From positions 144,001 through 268,000 of the forward strand of contig NZ_JMCB01000002.1 of NCBI RefSeq assembly GCF_000737315.1: a DNA stretch of 124,000 nucleotides. Reading direction: 5' to 3'. Each line of letters begins with the position of its first letter. Position 1 is the first letter of the stretch. Below the pieces are notes generated by a model. The model saw only the letters and a list, made by a program, of their open reading frames with translations, was not told where the DNA came from and did not search any database. Of this stretch, positions 49,785-62,725 are shown in pieces. The translations under genes and the position numbers were made by a program. Source of the stretch: Hyalangium minutum (lineage in GTDB: Bacteria > Myxococcota > Myxococcia > Myxococcales > Myxococcaceae).

Positions 49785-50978
49785 CTACTGCGCTTGCGCG
49801 CGGTAGCGGGCCATGCACCGCTGGAAGCGCTGATCCACCGAGCGCGCGAACCACGCCGTGGTGCGCTCCCGGCTCAGCTTGGGGCTGTGGAGGGTGACCT
49901 CGGGCAGCTGCGCGTACTCGGGACGCTTGCCCGTCACCTTCTGATAGCGGGCCTTCACCGCGCGCCACGTGTCCGTCTCCTCGAAGTCCCGTTGCTTCTC
50001 CTTCCGCGCATCGCGGCGCACCTGGCGCTCGCTCAGCTCGGGCGCGTGGCGAGCCCGGAAGGCCAACAGCGCCGCGAGGGTGCGGCTGTCCTCGTCCTTG
50101 GGCTCTCCCTCCTTGTCATAAAGGAGCAGGTCCCCATCCCGCGCTAGCGGCAGCCGCATCAGCTCGCTCACCTGAGCCTGCAGCGCCGCGTTGCGCGAGG
50201 AGTAGAGCCCCGAGTTGTAGTCCGCGAAGCGGTAGAGCGGCTGGCTGTAGCCGGCCTCGTACCCCAGCAGCCGCGCCGTGCCGTAGCGCACGCCCCCGGC
50301 GCGCGTGTAGAGCTCCTCACGAACCTCGGCTTCGGGCCGGTCCTCGTCGTTCTGCTCCCGCGCGAAGCGCACGCTCACCTGCATGGAGCCTGCGGTGGTG
50401 ATGGGGTTGAGCTCCTCCAGGCTCTGCGAATTCACCAGCTCGCTGGCGAGATCCGCCGCCGTGTACACCGCCGGGTACTGCTCCTCGTAGGCCTTCAGCA
50501 GCTCGCGGAAGAACCGATCCAGATCCGCCTCCGTCCGCACCGCCTTGAGGCGCGCTTCAAACGTCTGCGACTGGCCCGGGGCGCGGTGCTGCAGCAGCGC
50601 CTCCAGCGCCTTGCGCCCCACCACGCCCAGCTTCCCCGCGTAGACATCCAGCCGCTTGCGGACGATGCGCGGCAGCTCCTTCACCACCGGGTTGGCCTGG
50701 AAGCCGGACTCCTGCTCAATGACGGCGAGCACCTCGCACACGGGCTCGGCCCACGGGTGCACTCGCCGCGCCTCCAGCGCCACCACCACGTCCTGGGCCC
50801 ACCCCTCGCGCTCGGACACCTGCGGCGGCAGCAGCTTCGCCACCTGCGCCACGCTGAGCTTCGGCGGGAGCGGCGCAGGGGGTTCCGAGCCCCTCAGACC
50901 CCTCGTCCCGCAGCTCGCAAACACCAGCAGTGCGCCCACTGCAAGAAACACCCCCTTTGATACTGATGGAAATTTCAT
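49785..50978 (-). CDS. DUF1615 (YaiW-like) lipoprotein
   Basis: Lipobox FASC; EQESGFQANP, TAGSMQVS, YRFADYNSG...SRNAALQ. Confidence 0.85.
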   Translation of the reverse strand: MKFPSVSKGVFLAVGALLVFASCGTRGLRGSEPPAPLPPKLSVAQVAKLLPPQVSEREGWAQDVVVALEARRVHPWAEPVCEVLAVIEQESGFQANPVVKELPRIVRKRLDVYAGKLGVVGRKALEALLQHRAPGQSQTFEARLKAVRTEADLDRFFRELLKAYEEQYPAVYTAADLASELVNSQSLEELNPITTAGSMQVSVRFAREQNDEDRPEAEVREELYTRAGGVRYGTARLLGYEAGYSQPLYRFADYNSGLYSSRNAALQAQVSELMRLPLARDGDLLLYDKEGEPKDEDSRTLAALLAFRARHAPELSERQVRRDARKEKQRDFEETDTWRAVKARYQKVTGKRPEYAQLPEVTLHSPKLSRERTTAWFARSVDQRFQRCMARYRAQAQ

Positions 50979-51257
50979 TCTCCACTGTCCGGGTGGGCGG
51001 GTCGGAAAACACTCTGTTTCACGCCATGTTAGGGGAAAGGGTTTTCGACTCGCACTGCAGGCCCTTCTTCTAACACTCCGAGAGTGTTGAAGAATTCCGG
51101 AAAACCTAAACCGGTATACACAGTGAGAACCGACTAATACGTTATTTTTCTAATTGTGGCTCAAATTGTGAGAACGTACTTCCGAAAAAAAGAAGTTGCT
51201 CTGATGTTTACCCGCATGTCACGAATCCCGGGCTTTTCCCCCGAGGAGGTAGTCCGT

Positions 51258-53546
51258 TTGAGCAAGACACTTGTGAAGACGTTCTGTGCGGCGTGGCTGG
51301 GTCTCGCCTTCACCGCGTGTGACACCACTGAGCAGCAGCAGGTGGATGCCGATGACGTGATGACGCTGTCCGCCAAGGACGGCTCGGACATCCAGCAGGC
51401 CCTGGGCTCGCTGCCCAGCGCGACGGTGCTGGGTGTTCATGAGAAGGACGCTGTGCCCTTCATGATCAAGGGGCAGCTCGGTACCTCCAACGGGTCTGCG
51501 GTAGGCCTGGCGGTGGTGGACGCGAAGGCCGCGGTGCAGACGGCGCTGAGCCAGATCGCCCCGGTGTTCCGCCTGCGCGCCGATGACCTCGTGGTCAAGC
51601 GCGTCTCGCAGGACGAGATGGGCCACCAGCACATCCGCCTCGCCCAGACGAAGAACGGCCTGCCCGTCATCAACGGCGAGCTGATCCTCCACGTGGACAA
51701 GGCCGGCAACGTGTACGCCGCCAACGGCGATGCCCGTGACGACCAGGGCGCTGTCACCCAGCTGAAGCTGGTCAAGGCGAAGGTCAGCGCGGAGGCCGCC
51801 GCGGTCGCCGCGAGCGACTCCACCGAGGGCCTGAACAAGTCCGCCAAGGCCGAGCGTCTGGTCTACGTGCGCGACACCAACGAGAACCTGGTGCTGGCGC
51901 ACGAGGTTCGCGTGACCGGCGCGCGCCTGGACGGCATCCCCGTCGAGGACCTGGTGTACGTGAACGCCAACAACGGCACCGTCGCCCTGCGCGCGCCGAA
52001 GGTGTACACGGCCCTGAACCGCGCGGTGTACAGCGCCAACAACGGCACCTCGCTGCCGGGCACGCTCAAGCGCTCCGAGGGTGGTGCGGCCGCGAATGAC
52101 ACCCACGTGGACCAGAACTACACGCGGTTGGGCAAGACCTACGAGTGCTACTCGGTCAACTTCGGCCGCGACTCGTACAACGGCTCGGGCGCGCAGCTGA
52201 AGAGCACGGTGCACTACAGCTCCAACTACGTGAACGCCTACTGGAACAGCAGCCAGATGGTGTACGGCGACGGCAACGGCACGGACTCCACCATGCTGGG
52301 CCTGGACGCGGACGTCACCACGCACGAGCTGACGCACGCCGTGACGGAGTACGAGTCCAACCTCACCTACTCGGGCGAGTCCGGTGGTCTGAACGAGTCG
52401 ATGTCCGACATCTTCGGCGCCTACTGCGAGAGCTGGGAGGCTTCCACCACGAACGGCGGCACGTGGCCCACCACCGCGGACATCTGGATGGTCGGCGAGG
52501 ACATCTGGACCCCGGGCACTCCGAACGACGCGCTCCGCTACATGGATGACCCGGCCAAGGACGGGGCTTCCAAGGATCTGTGGACCAGCAGCGCCGGCAG
52601 CGTGGACGTGCACTACAGCTCCGGTATCTCCAACCTGGCCTTCGCCCTGCTCTCCAAGGGCGGTACGCACCCGCGCGGCAAGACGACTGTCAGCGTGACG
52701 GGCATCGGCGTGCAGAAGGCCGGCGCCATCTTCTACAAGGCGAACAAGGACCTGATGACGGCCTCGACGACCTTCAACCAGGCCAAGACGTACACGGAGC
52801 AGGCCGCCGACGCGCTGGGCTACACTGCGGAGAAGGCCTCCGTGACGGCCGCGTGGCAGGCTGTGGGCGTGGGCGGTGGCACGACGCCTCCTCCGAGCTG
52901 CACCAGCACCATCGTGCTGAGCAACGGCGTGGCGGCGACCAACGTCGGTGCGACTGCGGGCAATTTCTCCTGCACCTACACGCTGACTGTGCCCTCGGGC
53001 CAGACCAGCCTGTCGTTCGCCCTCAGCGGCGGCACGGGTGACGGCGACATGTACGTGAAGTTCGGCACCGCGCCGACGACCAGCGTCTACGACTGCCGTC
53101 CGTACACCTCTGGCAACGCCGAGACGTGCAACTTCACCAACCCGGCGGCGGGCACCTGGTACGTGAAGGTGAATGCGTACAGCGACTTCTCGGGCGCCAG
53201 CCTGAAGGGCACCTACTCCGGCGGCACGACGCCTCCGGGCGACACGCTGACCAACGGCGTGGCCACGGCGGCCTACTCCGGCGCGGCGAGCTCGCAGACC
53301 TGCTGGACGCTGACCGTCCCCGCGGGCAAGTCGGTGGTCTTCGCCCAGGCGGGCGGCACGGGTGATGCGGACCTGTACGTGCGCAAGGGCTCGGCTCCGA
53401 CGACCACCACCTACGACTGCCGCCCGTACCTGAGCGGCAACAACGAGTCGTGCTCGTTCGCCGCGGGCACCGCGAGCGTCCAGTACTACGCCTGCTCGCG
53501 CGGCTACAGCGCGTACACCGGCGTGACGATGAAGGGCACCTACTAG
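51258..53546 (+). CDS. M4 (thermolysin-like) metallopeptidase with FTP/PepSY propeptide and two PPC domains
   Basis: GAGGAGG before TTG 51258; lipobox FTAC; NAYW, HELTH, GGLNESMSD, VHYSSG; two GGTGDxDxYV PPC repeats. Confidence 0.95.
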   Translation: MSKTLVKTFCAAWLGLAFTACDTTEQQQVDADDVMTLSAKDGSDIQQALGSLPSATVLGVHEKDAVPFMIKGQLGTSNGSAVGLAVVDAKAAVQTALSQIAPVFRLRADDLVVKRVSQDEMGHQHIRLAQTKNGLPVINGELILHVDKAGNVYAANGDARDDQGAVTQLKLVKAKVSAEAAAVAASDSTEGLNKSAKAERLVYVRDTNENLVLAHEVRVTGARLDGIPVEDLVYVNANNGTVALRAPKVYTALNRAVYSANNGTSLPGTLKRSEGGAAANDTHVDQNYTRLGKTYECYSVNFGRDSYNGSGAQLKSTVHYSSNYVNAYWNSSQMVYGDGNGTDSTMLGLDADVTTHELTHAVTEYESNLTYSGESGGLNESMSDIFGAYCESWEASTTNGGTWPTTADIWMVGEDIWTPGTPNDALRYMDDPAKDGASKDLWTSSAGSVDVHYSSGISNLAFALLSKGGTHPRGKTTVSVTGIGVQKAGAIFYKANKDLMTASTTFNQAKTYTEQAADALGYTAEKASVTAAWQAVGVGGGTTPPPSCTSTIVLSNGVAATNVGATAGNFSCTYTLTVPSGQTSLSFALSGGTGDGDMYVKFGTAPTTSVYDCRPYTSGNAETCNFTNPAAGTWYVKVNAYSDFSGASLKGTYSGGTTPPGDTLTNGVATAAYSGAASSQTCWTLTVPAGKSVVFAQAGGTGDADLYVRKGSAPTTTTYDCRPYLSGNNESCSFAAGTASVQYYACSRGYSAYTGVTMKGTY

Positions 53547-53571
53547 TCCCTCACCGTTGAGTTGAAATGAC

Positions 53572-53610
53572 ACGCCCGGGGGCCTCGTGCTCCCGGGCGT
53601 TGTCTTTTTT
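53572..53610 (+). terminator. Rho-independent terminator
   Basis: ACGCCCGGG...CCCGGGCGT followed by a T-tract. Confidence 0.85.
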
Positions 53611-53617
53611 CAGGCCC

Positions 53618-54355
53618 TCAGCGGCGCACTTCGATGTCGCGCGCGATGCTGTCGTCTCCGACGAGATCAAAGGAGGCGCGCACCGAGGTGCCCTCCTCGA
53701 GCTGACGCAGCGGCACGCTCTGGCCCGCGCGCACCCCGCGGCTGCGCTTGTCGATGCGCAGCTCGTACACGTTGCCCTCGGTGTCCTTCAGGTGGAGCGT
53801 GCTCTTGCCCACGCGGGTGACGCGGCCGTCCACCGTGCCGGTGGCGATGACCACCCGGTCCAGCGGCACCGAGTCGTTCTGCCCGAACGCGCGCGCTGCC
53901 TTGGCCGCGCCCTCGTACCAGGACTCATCCTCACGCGCCTGGACGGCCTCGAAGCCGATCATCACCCGGCCCTCGGGCGCCGCCTGCGCGGTTCCGGACG
54001 GGGCGCCCGTCGAGCTTGCCGTGCTGGGCGCTGGAGAGGCCGTGGCCGTTGCCGGAGCGGTTGTGGCTGGAGCGGCGGTGTTCGTCCGGGCGCTCGTGCC
54101 GGTGCGGGCCTCGGCCTGGACCGGACCGGGAGCGGCCCCCGGGATGACGCCTGGAGCCGTGGCCTGCGGGGCCTCGGTGCCTACCGTGGGCGCCGGGCTG
54201 ATTCGCTCGGGTGAAGCGCCCTCGCTTGGCCGCGTGGGGGCAGGAGCCCTTGCGGCGACCGGTGCTGTCTGCTCATGGCGCTCGCGCTCCCGGCATCCCG
54301 ACAGCAGTGCGCACGCCCCCATGACTCCCATCCACGCCCAACGACGCCCCATCAT
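53618..54355 (-). CDS. Lipoprotein with Ala/Pro/Thr-rich linker and small beta C-domain
   Basis: LLSGC lipobox; low-complexity middle; VIATGTVDGRV...VRASFDL. Confidence 0.7.
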   Translation of the reverse strand: MMGRRWAWMGVMGACALLSGCRERERHEQTAPVAARAPAPTRPSEGASPERISPAPTVGTEAPQATAPGVIPGAAPGPVQAEARTGTSARTNTAAPATTAPATATASPAPSTASSTGAPSGTAQAAPEGRVMIGFEAVQAREDESWYEGAAKAARAFGQNDSVPLDRVVIATGTVDGRVTRVGKSTLHLKDTEGNVYELRIDKRSRGVRAGQSVPLRQLEEGTSVRASFDLVGDDSIARDIEVRR

Positions 54356-54398
54356 TGGCCTCCCCGATGTGGGAAAACAGGTTCCGTCCTGCTCCCAC

Positions 54399-54414
54399 TG
54401 CAAACGGTGCGCCC
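54399..54414 (-). promoter_or_regulatory. Possible sigma54 promoter
   Basis: Minus strand GGGCGCACCGTTTGCA (GG-N10-GC), about 44 nt upstream of ATG 54355. Confidence 0.35.
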
Positions 54415-54599
54415 GGGCCGGGTTCCCAGGGCGAGAGGCGGGGACTTTCAGCAGGAGACACTGCGAGGCGGCGAAGTCAGGTGGGCAGGCTGCGAGGGAA
54501 GGAGGAGGACGCGTGACGTCGGGAAGCCAGGGGGAGGAGTTTCCCACCGCTCGTGGCGAAGGTATTTCCCTCGGGGCGTGAGGAAGTGGACACCCGCCG

Positions 54600-55409
54600 T
54601 CAGTCCATGAGCGCGCGAGCCACCGCCCGGATGTGGATGCGCACCCGCTCGCGGGCGGCGGTGAGCACGGAGGCGTCCGCCGGGTCGTACCCGAGGCACA
54701 GCACCACATCGTCCTCGGGCGCGGCCCTGACGCCCAGCTTCGCGTAGTTGATCATCCGGGAGACGGGCTCTCCCACGGTGTCCGGGGTGAAGCGGCCGAA
54801 GATGGGCGCGTAGGGGCTGCGGTCCGCTGCGGTCTCCTTCAGCGCGAAGAGTCGGCGCACGGCCTCCAGCGCCGCGGGCCGGGCCATCATCGTCTCGGGC
54901 CGGGCCGGGCCTCCCAGCTCGCGCTCGATGAGGCGCAGGCAGCCCCGAACGAACTCCACGTCGGTGATGACGAGGCCGTAGAGGTACCAGTCCGGGCACG
55001 CCGCCTGGACGAGCCGCGCCTGGGCATCCTCGAGCCAGCCGAACGAGGGGCAGGTGAACGTCTCGCAGATGGAGGCGCGGTAGACGCCGCAGTCGCGCAG
55101 ATCTACCCCGCCGGTGACCTTAGGGTGGCCCAGGCAGCCCACCTGGCGCTGCTCGGCATCGATGAAACCCAGCAGGGGGCAGACGCGGACGGCGGGGAAC
55201 AAGGGAGGCTCGTTGCGAGACTCCACGAACTCCTTGGCCGCCGCACGCCAGGCCTCCATCTCCTTGGGTACGTCCCTCAGCTGGGCCGTCTGCTCGGCAA
55301 GCCGCTGGGTGAGCGCCGCGCGCGAGTGGTCCCGGAAGTTGTACAGCCCGCAGCAGGCGCCGCAGGAGGCGCCTCGGCCGGGTTGGCACAGGTGAAAGGA
55401 GACAGTCAC
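54600..55409 (-). CDS. Cys-rich hypothetical protein (possible metal or Fe-S binding)
   Basis: CxxxxxxSCGACCG, CPLLG, GCLGH, CGVY..ICETFTC. Confidence 0.7.
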   Translation of the reverse strand: MTVSFHLCQPGRGASCGACCGLYNFRDHSRAALTQRLAEQTAQLRDVPKEMEAWRAAAKEFVESRNEPPLFPAVRVCPLLGFIDAEQRQVGCLGHPKVTGGVDLRDCGVYRASICETFTCPSFGWLEDAQARLVQAACPDWYLYGLVITDVEFVRGCLRLIERELGGPARPETMMARPAALEAVRRLFALKETAADRSPYAPIFGRFTPDTVGEPVSRMINYAKLGVRAAPEDDVVLCLGYDPADASVLTAARERVRIHIRAVARALMD

Positions 55410-55430
55410 AGCTCTTCCTCTATCAACAAC

Positions 55431-57235
<1,805 letters not shown>

Positions 57236-57236
<1 letters not shown>

Positions 57237-57520
57237 TAGCGTTCGACCTGCACGCCCTTCCAGAAGGCCACGTAGCCGCGGATGTTGCGAGCCGCGTCCT
57301 TGGGCTCGGGGTAGTACCAGGCGGCGTCCTTGTTGACTTGTCCGTCCACCACCACGTCGTAGTAGCTGGCCTCGCCCTTCCAGGCGCAGGTGGTATGCGT
57401 GCTGCTCGGCTGGAAGCGCTCGCGCTTGAGCGCCTCGGGAGGGAAGTAGACGTTGCCCTCCACAACTTCATACCGGTCGCTCTCGGCGAGCACGGCGTTC
57501 TTCCAGATAGCCTTGGCCAT
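57236..57520 (-). CDS. DUF427 domain protein
   Basis: [26 protein letters not shown]. Confidence 0.92.
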
Positions 57521-57745
57521 GGGTCACCTCCGGAGACAGTTCTGCTCCAGTGGCCCGAGGAGTGCCAGGAGAACCTACCTGCTTGCCAAGCTGGGAGGGA
57601 CTCGCACGGACAGTGCGGGTAGCTGGCGCCTGGTGGGATGCTCGCCCAGGGGGCACTAGGACTTGCGGTCAATTGTCGGGTGGCGGAAAGGGTGTCCTCA
57701 GTTGAAAGGGTCCAGGGCAGCCTGACTGTTAGCGTCTGGCGCCTG

Positions 57746-60343
57746 ATGGACATCCCCCCGTTGCCAGACACCGCGAGCACCCCCGGTTTTGAGGGCCAGG
57801 GGCCGGCGGGCGGCCTCATGAGCGACGCCTTCCGGCTGCTGGCGGAGAGCATTCCCCAGCTCGTGTGGACCACCCGCCCAGATGGTTTCCACGACTACTA
57901 CAACCAGCGCTGGTACGAGTACACGGGGACCACTTCCACGCAGTCGCAGGGCGAGGGGTGGCAGGGGCCCTTCCACCCGGACGACATGCCGGAGGCGCTG
58001 CGGCGGTGGCACCACTCGCTGCGCACGGGTGAGCCCTATGAGACGGAGTACCGCTGCCGCCGCCATGACGGCGTCTACCGCTGGTTCCTGGGCCGGGCCC
58101 AGCCTCTGCGGGATGCGCAGGGGAACATCATCAAATGGTTCGGTACCTGCACGGACATTGACGACCAGAAGCGCGCCGCGGACTCCATGATCTTCCTGGC
58201 CGAGGCGGGGTCGCTGCTGGCCTCCTCTTCGCTGGACTATGAGGCCACGCTCGAGGCCCTCACCCGGCTGGTGGTGCCGCGCTTGGCGGACTGGTGTGGC
58301 GTCGAGATCGTCAACGCGGATGCCTCCACGCGGCAGGTAGGGGTGGCCCACGTGGATCCGGCCAAGGTGCGCTACGCCAAGGAACTGCGCCAGCGCTACC
58401 CGCCGCGCCCGGAAGATGCGCACGGCGTGCTCGAGGTCATCCGCACCGGCAAGGGCGAGTTTCTCCCAGACATCCCGGACGAACTGCTGGTGGCGGGGGC
58501 ACGGGACGCCGAGCACCTGCGCATCGCACGGGAGCTGGGGCTGCGCTCGGCCATGGTCGTACCGCTCACGGCCCGCGGGCGCACGCTGGGGGCGCTCTCG
58601 ATGGTGAATGCCGAGTCTCGCCGGCGCTTCACCCGCGAGGACTTCACATTGGCCGAGCAACTGGCCACTCGGGCCGCCCTGGCGGTGGACACCGCGAGGC
58701 TGTACCGCGATGCGCTGCACGCGGAGGAGCGCTTTCGCTCCCTCGTCACCGCCACGGCCCAGGCTGTGTGGGTGACGAGCCCAGAGGGAGTGGTGCAGGA
58801 GGACTCGCCCTCCTGGCGAGCCTTCACCGGCCAGAGCTACGAGGAGTGGAATGGCTTGGGCTGGCTCGACGCGGTCCACCCAGAGGATCGCGAGAAGGCG
58901 GCGCGCGCGTGGCGAGAGGCGGTGGAGCGGCAAGGGGCCTACGAGGTGGAGTACCGGCTGCGCCGTCCGGATGGGAGCTACAGCATCACAGGGGCGCGCG
59001 CGGTGCCTGTCCGGAACGAGAACGGGAGCGTGCGCGAGTGGGTGGGCATCACCACGGACCTGACCGCGCAGCGCGAGGCGGAGGCAGCGGCCCGCAGCCT
59101 TCAGGCCGAGCAAAGTGCCCGGCGCCACGAGGCGCTGCGCGCGGACGTGAGCGAGGCCCTCGCAGGGCAGGGAAGCAAGGCACAGCTCCTCCAGGCGGCC
59201 TGTGAGGCGGTGGTGAGGCACCTGGATGTCGCGCTGGCGCGTGTGTGGCTGTTGGAGCGGGACGCCCCGGAACTGCGGCTGGTAGCCAGCGCGGGGCGCT
59301 CCACGGACCTGGAGGGGGAGCATGCGCGCATCCCCTTGGGGGAGCATCGGCTCGGGCGCATTGCCCACGAGCGCAGGCCGCACATGACGAACGACCTGTG
59401 GCGTGAACCGGAGGCTGCGGATCGGGACTGGGCGCTCCGGGAGGGGTTGCGGTCGCTGGCAGGCTATCCCGTGGTGCTGGCTGAGCAGCTCGTGGGGGTG
59501 TTCGCGGTATTTGGCACCGAGCCCATCTCCCGCGAGGTGGCGGACACGCTCGCCGCGGTGGTGGAGATCATCAACCAGGGGGTGGAGCGCCGCAGGGCCG
59601 AGAGGGACTTGCGCCGGCATGCCGAGGAACTGTCGCGCTCCAATGAGGAGCTGCAGCAATTTGCCTACGTGGCCTCGCATGACCTGCAGGAGCCGCTGCG
59701 GATGGTGGCCAGCTACACGCAACTGCTGGCGCGGCGCTACCGGGGAAAGCTGGACGCGGACGCAGACGAGTTCATTGGCTACGCGGTGGACGGGGTGAAC
59801 CGGATGCAGCGGCTCATCCAGGACCTGCTCGCCTACTCGCGTGTGGGGACGCGAGGGCGGGAGTTCAAGCCATGCGCCGTCGGGCCGGTGGTGCAGCGGG
59901 CGGTGGAGAACCTGCGGAAGGTGATGGAGGAGGTGGGTGGGGAGGTGAGGGTCGGCGAGCTGCCAGCCGTGCTGGGGGACGAGACGCAGCTCATCCAGCT
60001 GTTCCAGAACCTGGTGGCGAACGCACTGAAGTTCCATGGCAAGGCGCCACCGCGGGTGGAGGTGGCGGCGGAGGCGCACGGGCGCGATGGGTGGCGCTTC
60101 ACGGTGAAGGACAACGGGCTGGGGATCGACGCGCAGTACTTCGAGCGCATCTTCATCATCTTCCAGCGGTTGCACGGGCGGGAGGAGTACCCGGGCACGG
60201 GGATTGGGCTGGCGATCTGCAAGAAGATCGTCGAGCGTCACGGAGGACGGATTGGCGTGGAATCTCGGCCGGGTGAGGGCTCCACGTTCTGGTTCACATT
60301 GCCAGCGGTACCTACCGAGGCCTCGGCCTCCAAGGCTTCATAG
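57746..60343 (+). CDS. PAS-GAF-PAS-GAF sensor histidine kinase
   Basis: Two PAS (HPDD/HPED) and two GAF regions; [13 protein letters not shown]-box; GTGIGL; start uncertain (57746 or 57818). Confidence 0.93.
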   Translation: MDIPPLPDTASTPGFEGQGPAGGLMSDAFRLLAESIPQLVWTTRPDGFHDYYNQRWYEYTGTTSTQSQGEGWQGPFHPDDMPEALRRWHHSLRTGEPYETEYRCRRHDGVYRWFLGRAQPLRDAQGNIIKWFGTCTDIDDQKRAADSMIFLAEAGSLLASSSLDYEATLEALTRLVVPRLADWCGVEIVNADASTRQVGVAHVDPAKVRYAKELRQRYPPRPEDAHGVLEVIRTGKGEFLPDIPDELLVAGARDAEHLRIARELGLRSAMVVPLTARGRTLGALSMVNAESRRRFTREDFTLAEQLATRAALAVDTARLYRDALHAEERFRSLVTATAQAVWVTSPEGVVQEDSPSWRAFTGQSYEEWNGLGWLDAVHPEDREKAARAWREAVERQGAYEVEYRLRRPDGSYSITGARAVPVRNENGSVREWVGITTDLTAQREAEAAARSLQAEQSARRHEALRADVSEALAGQGSKAQLLQAACEAVVRHLDVALARVWLLERDAPELRLVASAGRSTDLEGEHARIPLGEHRLGRIAHERRPHMTNDLWREPEAADRDWALREGLRSLAGYPVVLAEQLVGVFAVFGTEPISREVADTLAAVVEIINQGVERRRAERDLRRHAEELSRSNEELQQFAYVASHDLQEPLRMVASYTQLLARRYRGKLDADADEFIGYAVDGVNRMQRLIQDLLAYSRVGTRGREFKPCAVGPVVQRAVENLRKVMEEVGGEVRVGELPAVLGDETQLIQLFQNLVANALKFHGKAPPRVEVAAEAHGRDGWRFTVKDNGLGIDAQYFERIFIIFQRLHGREEYPGTGIGLAICKKIVERHGGRIGVESRPGEGSTFWFTLPAVPTEASASKAS

Positions 60344-60345
60344 GC

Positions 60346-60795
60346 ATGAACTTCGAAGAGCACGGCAGGCCGGTGGAGATCCTCCTGGTTGAGGACAATC
60401 CGGGCGATGTCCGGTTGACCATCGAAGCCCTCAAGGAGGGCAAGGTGCGCAATAACCTCTCGGTGGTGAAGGATGGGGTGGAGGCGCTGGCCTTCCTGCG
60501 CCGCGAGGGGACCTTTGCGGGAGCAACCCGTCCGGACCTGATTCTGTTGGACCTGAACCTGCCGAAGAAGGACGGGCGGGAAGTGCTGGCGGAGATCAAG
60601 GACGATGGGACGCTGCGGCGCATCCCCGTGGTGGTTCTGACGACGTCGAAGGCGGAGGAGGACATCCTTCGGACGTACGATCTGCACGCCAATTGCTACA
60701 TCACCAAGCCGGTGGACCTGGAGCAGTTCATCTCGGTGGTCCGGTCAATCGACGATTTCTGGCTGTCGGTGGTCCGGCTGCCTCCGAAGGCGTGA
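60346..60795 (+). CDS. Single-domain response regulator (Rcp1-like)
   Basis: [27 protein letters not shown]. Confidence 0.95.
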   Translation: MNFEEHGRPVEILLVEDNPGDVRLTIEALKEGKVRNNLSVVKDGVEALAFLRREGTFAGATRPDLILLDLNLPKKDGREVLAEIKDDGTLRRIPVVVLTTSKAEEDILRTYDLHANCYITKPVDLEQFISVVRSIDDFWLSVVRLPPKA

Positions 60796-60799
60796 GCGC

Positions 60800-61930
60800 A
60801 TGGCTCTTGTGGAACAGGTTCTGAGACTGTTGCTGGTGGAGGACAACCCGGCGGACGCGCGGCTCATTCAGGAGGAACTGCGCGAGGTGCCCTCGGTGCG
60901 CTTCGAGGTGTTGCACGTGATGCGCCTCTCTCAAGCGGAGCGGGTGGTGCGCGAGGCGAAGCTGGACGCGGTGCTGTTGGACCTGTCGCTGCCGGACGGG
61001 CACGGGCTGGGCAACATCTCGCGGTTGCTCCAGGAGGCGCCGGCGGTGCCCCTGGTGGTGCTGACGGGCACGGACGACGAGCAGCTCGCGGTGCAGGCGG
61101 TGCACCAGGGCGCGCAGGACTACCTGGTGAAGGGGCAGGTGACGGGCCCTCTGTTGGTGCGGGCGCTGCGCTACGCGATCGAGCGCAAGCGGGCCGAGGA
61201 GGGGCTCAAGCGCGAGGAGGCACAAAAGCAGACGGCGATCTTCCGTGAGCAGTTCCTGGCCGTCCTCGGGCACGACCTGCGCAATCCGCTGAATGCCATC
61301 TCCGGCAACGCGGGCCTGCTGCTGCGCTACGGAGGGCTGACGGAGCCCCAGCGCAAGGCGGTCAACCGCATCTCCATCTCGTCGGACCGGATGGCGCGGA
61401 TGATCAACGACCTGCTGGACTTCACGCGGGCACGGCTCGGCGGCGGCTATCCGGTGAGCCGGGCGCGGATGAACGTGCACGACGTGCTCCGGCAGGTGGT
61501 GGAGGAACTGGAGGTCGCGCATCCGCAGCGTCGCTTCGAGCTGAGCCTCAGCGGGAACGGCTGGGGAGACTGGGACGCGGACCGGATCGCCCAGGCGGCG
61601 TCGAACTTGGTGGGCAATGCGGTGCAGTACTCGCCCGAGGACACGGTGGTGTCGGTGTCCGCGCACGACGAGGGAGAAGGGATCTGCGTGCAGGTGCACA
61701 ACTTGGGCCTGCCCATCCCCGCGGAGCGGCTGCCCCACATCTTCGATCCGTTCGTGCGAGGCGTCGAAGGCACACGCAACGCGGCGCGCCCGGGGCTGGG
61801 GCTGGGGCTCTACATCACCCACGAGATCGCGCGCGCCCACGGGGGCACGCTGCGGGTGACGTCTACTGAGGCGGATGGCACCCGCTTCTGGATGAACCTG
61901 CCGCGCCATTCGACGATTGCGCCCTTGTAG
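60800..61930 (+). CDS. Hybrid response regulator / histidine kinase
   Basis: Receiver (LLVEDN, LLDLSLPD), HDLRNPL H-box, GLGLGLYI. Confidence 0.93.
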   Translation: MALVEQVLRLLLVEDNPADARLIQEELREVPSVRFEVLHVMRLSQAERVVREAKLDAVLLDLSLPDGHGLGNISRLLQEAPAVPLVVLTGTDDEQLAVQAVHQGAQDYLVKGQVTGPLLVRALRYAIERKRAEEGLKREEAQKQTAIFREQFLAVLGHDLRNPLNAISGNAGLLLRYGGLTEPQRKAVNRISISSDRMARMINDLLDFTRARLGGGYPVSRARMNVHDVLRQVVEELEVAHPQRRFELSLSGNGWGDWDADRIAQAASNLVGNAVQYSPEDTVVSVSAHDEGEGICVQVHNLGLPIPAERLPHIFDPFVRGVEGTRNAARPGLGLGLYITHEIARAHGGTLRVTSTEADGTRFWMNLPRHSTIAPL

Positions 61931-62019
61931 GCATGAGCCTGCTGATTCTTGCTGCAGACAGCCGCTGTATTGGTACGCCGCTCTCTGTCATAGGCAAGTG
62001 GTAGACAGCCTGCGCCACT

Positions 62020-62706
62020 TCAGGTTGGCTGAGACAGTACACGTACGCGGCGACATTCACCGCAGACGAAAAAATAGAAAGCCACCTCTCCAGCGAAAAG
62101 CGGCTGATCGTCACCGAGGAGGCCAGACTTCCCTTCCATTCCCTCGTAGCCGAGACTAGCTGCGTAAGAAAGGTTTCTACCGCATGTGCAAATCGGCGAT
62201 ACAGGGGTTCCTACCCAGAGCGGAGATCCTGCAATCCTGAGAAATCCTTCGCCGCCTAAGAACTCATCACATGCGGACCAATAGCGATCCTCAGTCTCAG
62301 GGATCTCTTGCTCTTTCATCGGCCTGAGTTCGATCGGTCGTTCAGGCAAGGGGTCTGGAAGACGGTCTTCAATAGGGAGCAACTCGTCAACTGAACAATC
62401 CCCCTGAGCCCAATGGATCCGCCTTGATCGACTGTCGAACACATATTCTTGTACTGGCAGGTGTGAAGCGCAGTTCAAGAAAGTTATCAACGGCAGATGC
62501 GCAGTGTCTCTTGGAATGAAAGGGAAAAGGTAGGGCGCTCTCTTTAGATCGAGGGTGAGGAGTATAGAAGGCCGCGCCGGCCCAGAGAACGCCCCCTCAA
62601 TTGCCCAGGATTGTCCGCCAAAACAATGCGCAGAATCTTTTGAGCCAAGGACACCGATCCAACCGGGAATGGCTAGGGGCGGCCCCCATTTGAGAGAAAA
62701 GTTCAT
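62020..62706 (-). CDS. Putative immunity protein for the Rhs toxin (YwqG/DUF1963-like)
   Basis: Directly downstream of the Rhs toxin; HCFGG, IAGSPLW, CTCG, FFVCGEC; GGGG RBS before ATG 62706; visibly AT-richer. Confidence 0.6.
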   Translation of the reverse strand: MNFSLKWGPPLAIPGWIGVLGSKDSAHCFGGQSWAIEGAFSGPARPSILLTLDLKRAPYLFPFIPRDTAHLPLITFLNCASHLPVQEYVFDSRSRRIHWAQGDCSVDELLPIEDRLPDPLPERPIELRPMKEQEIPETEDRYWSACDEFLGGEGFLRIAGSPLWVGTPVSPICTCGRNLSYAASLGYEGMEGKSGLLGDDQPLFAGEVAFYFFVCGECRRVRVLSQPT

Positions 62707-62725
62707 ATCATTATCCCCGTGCACT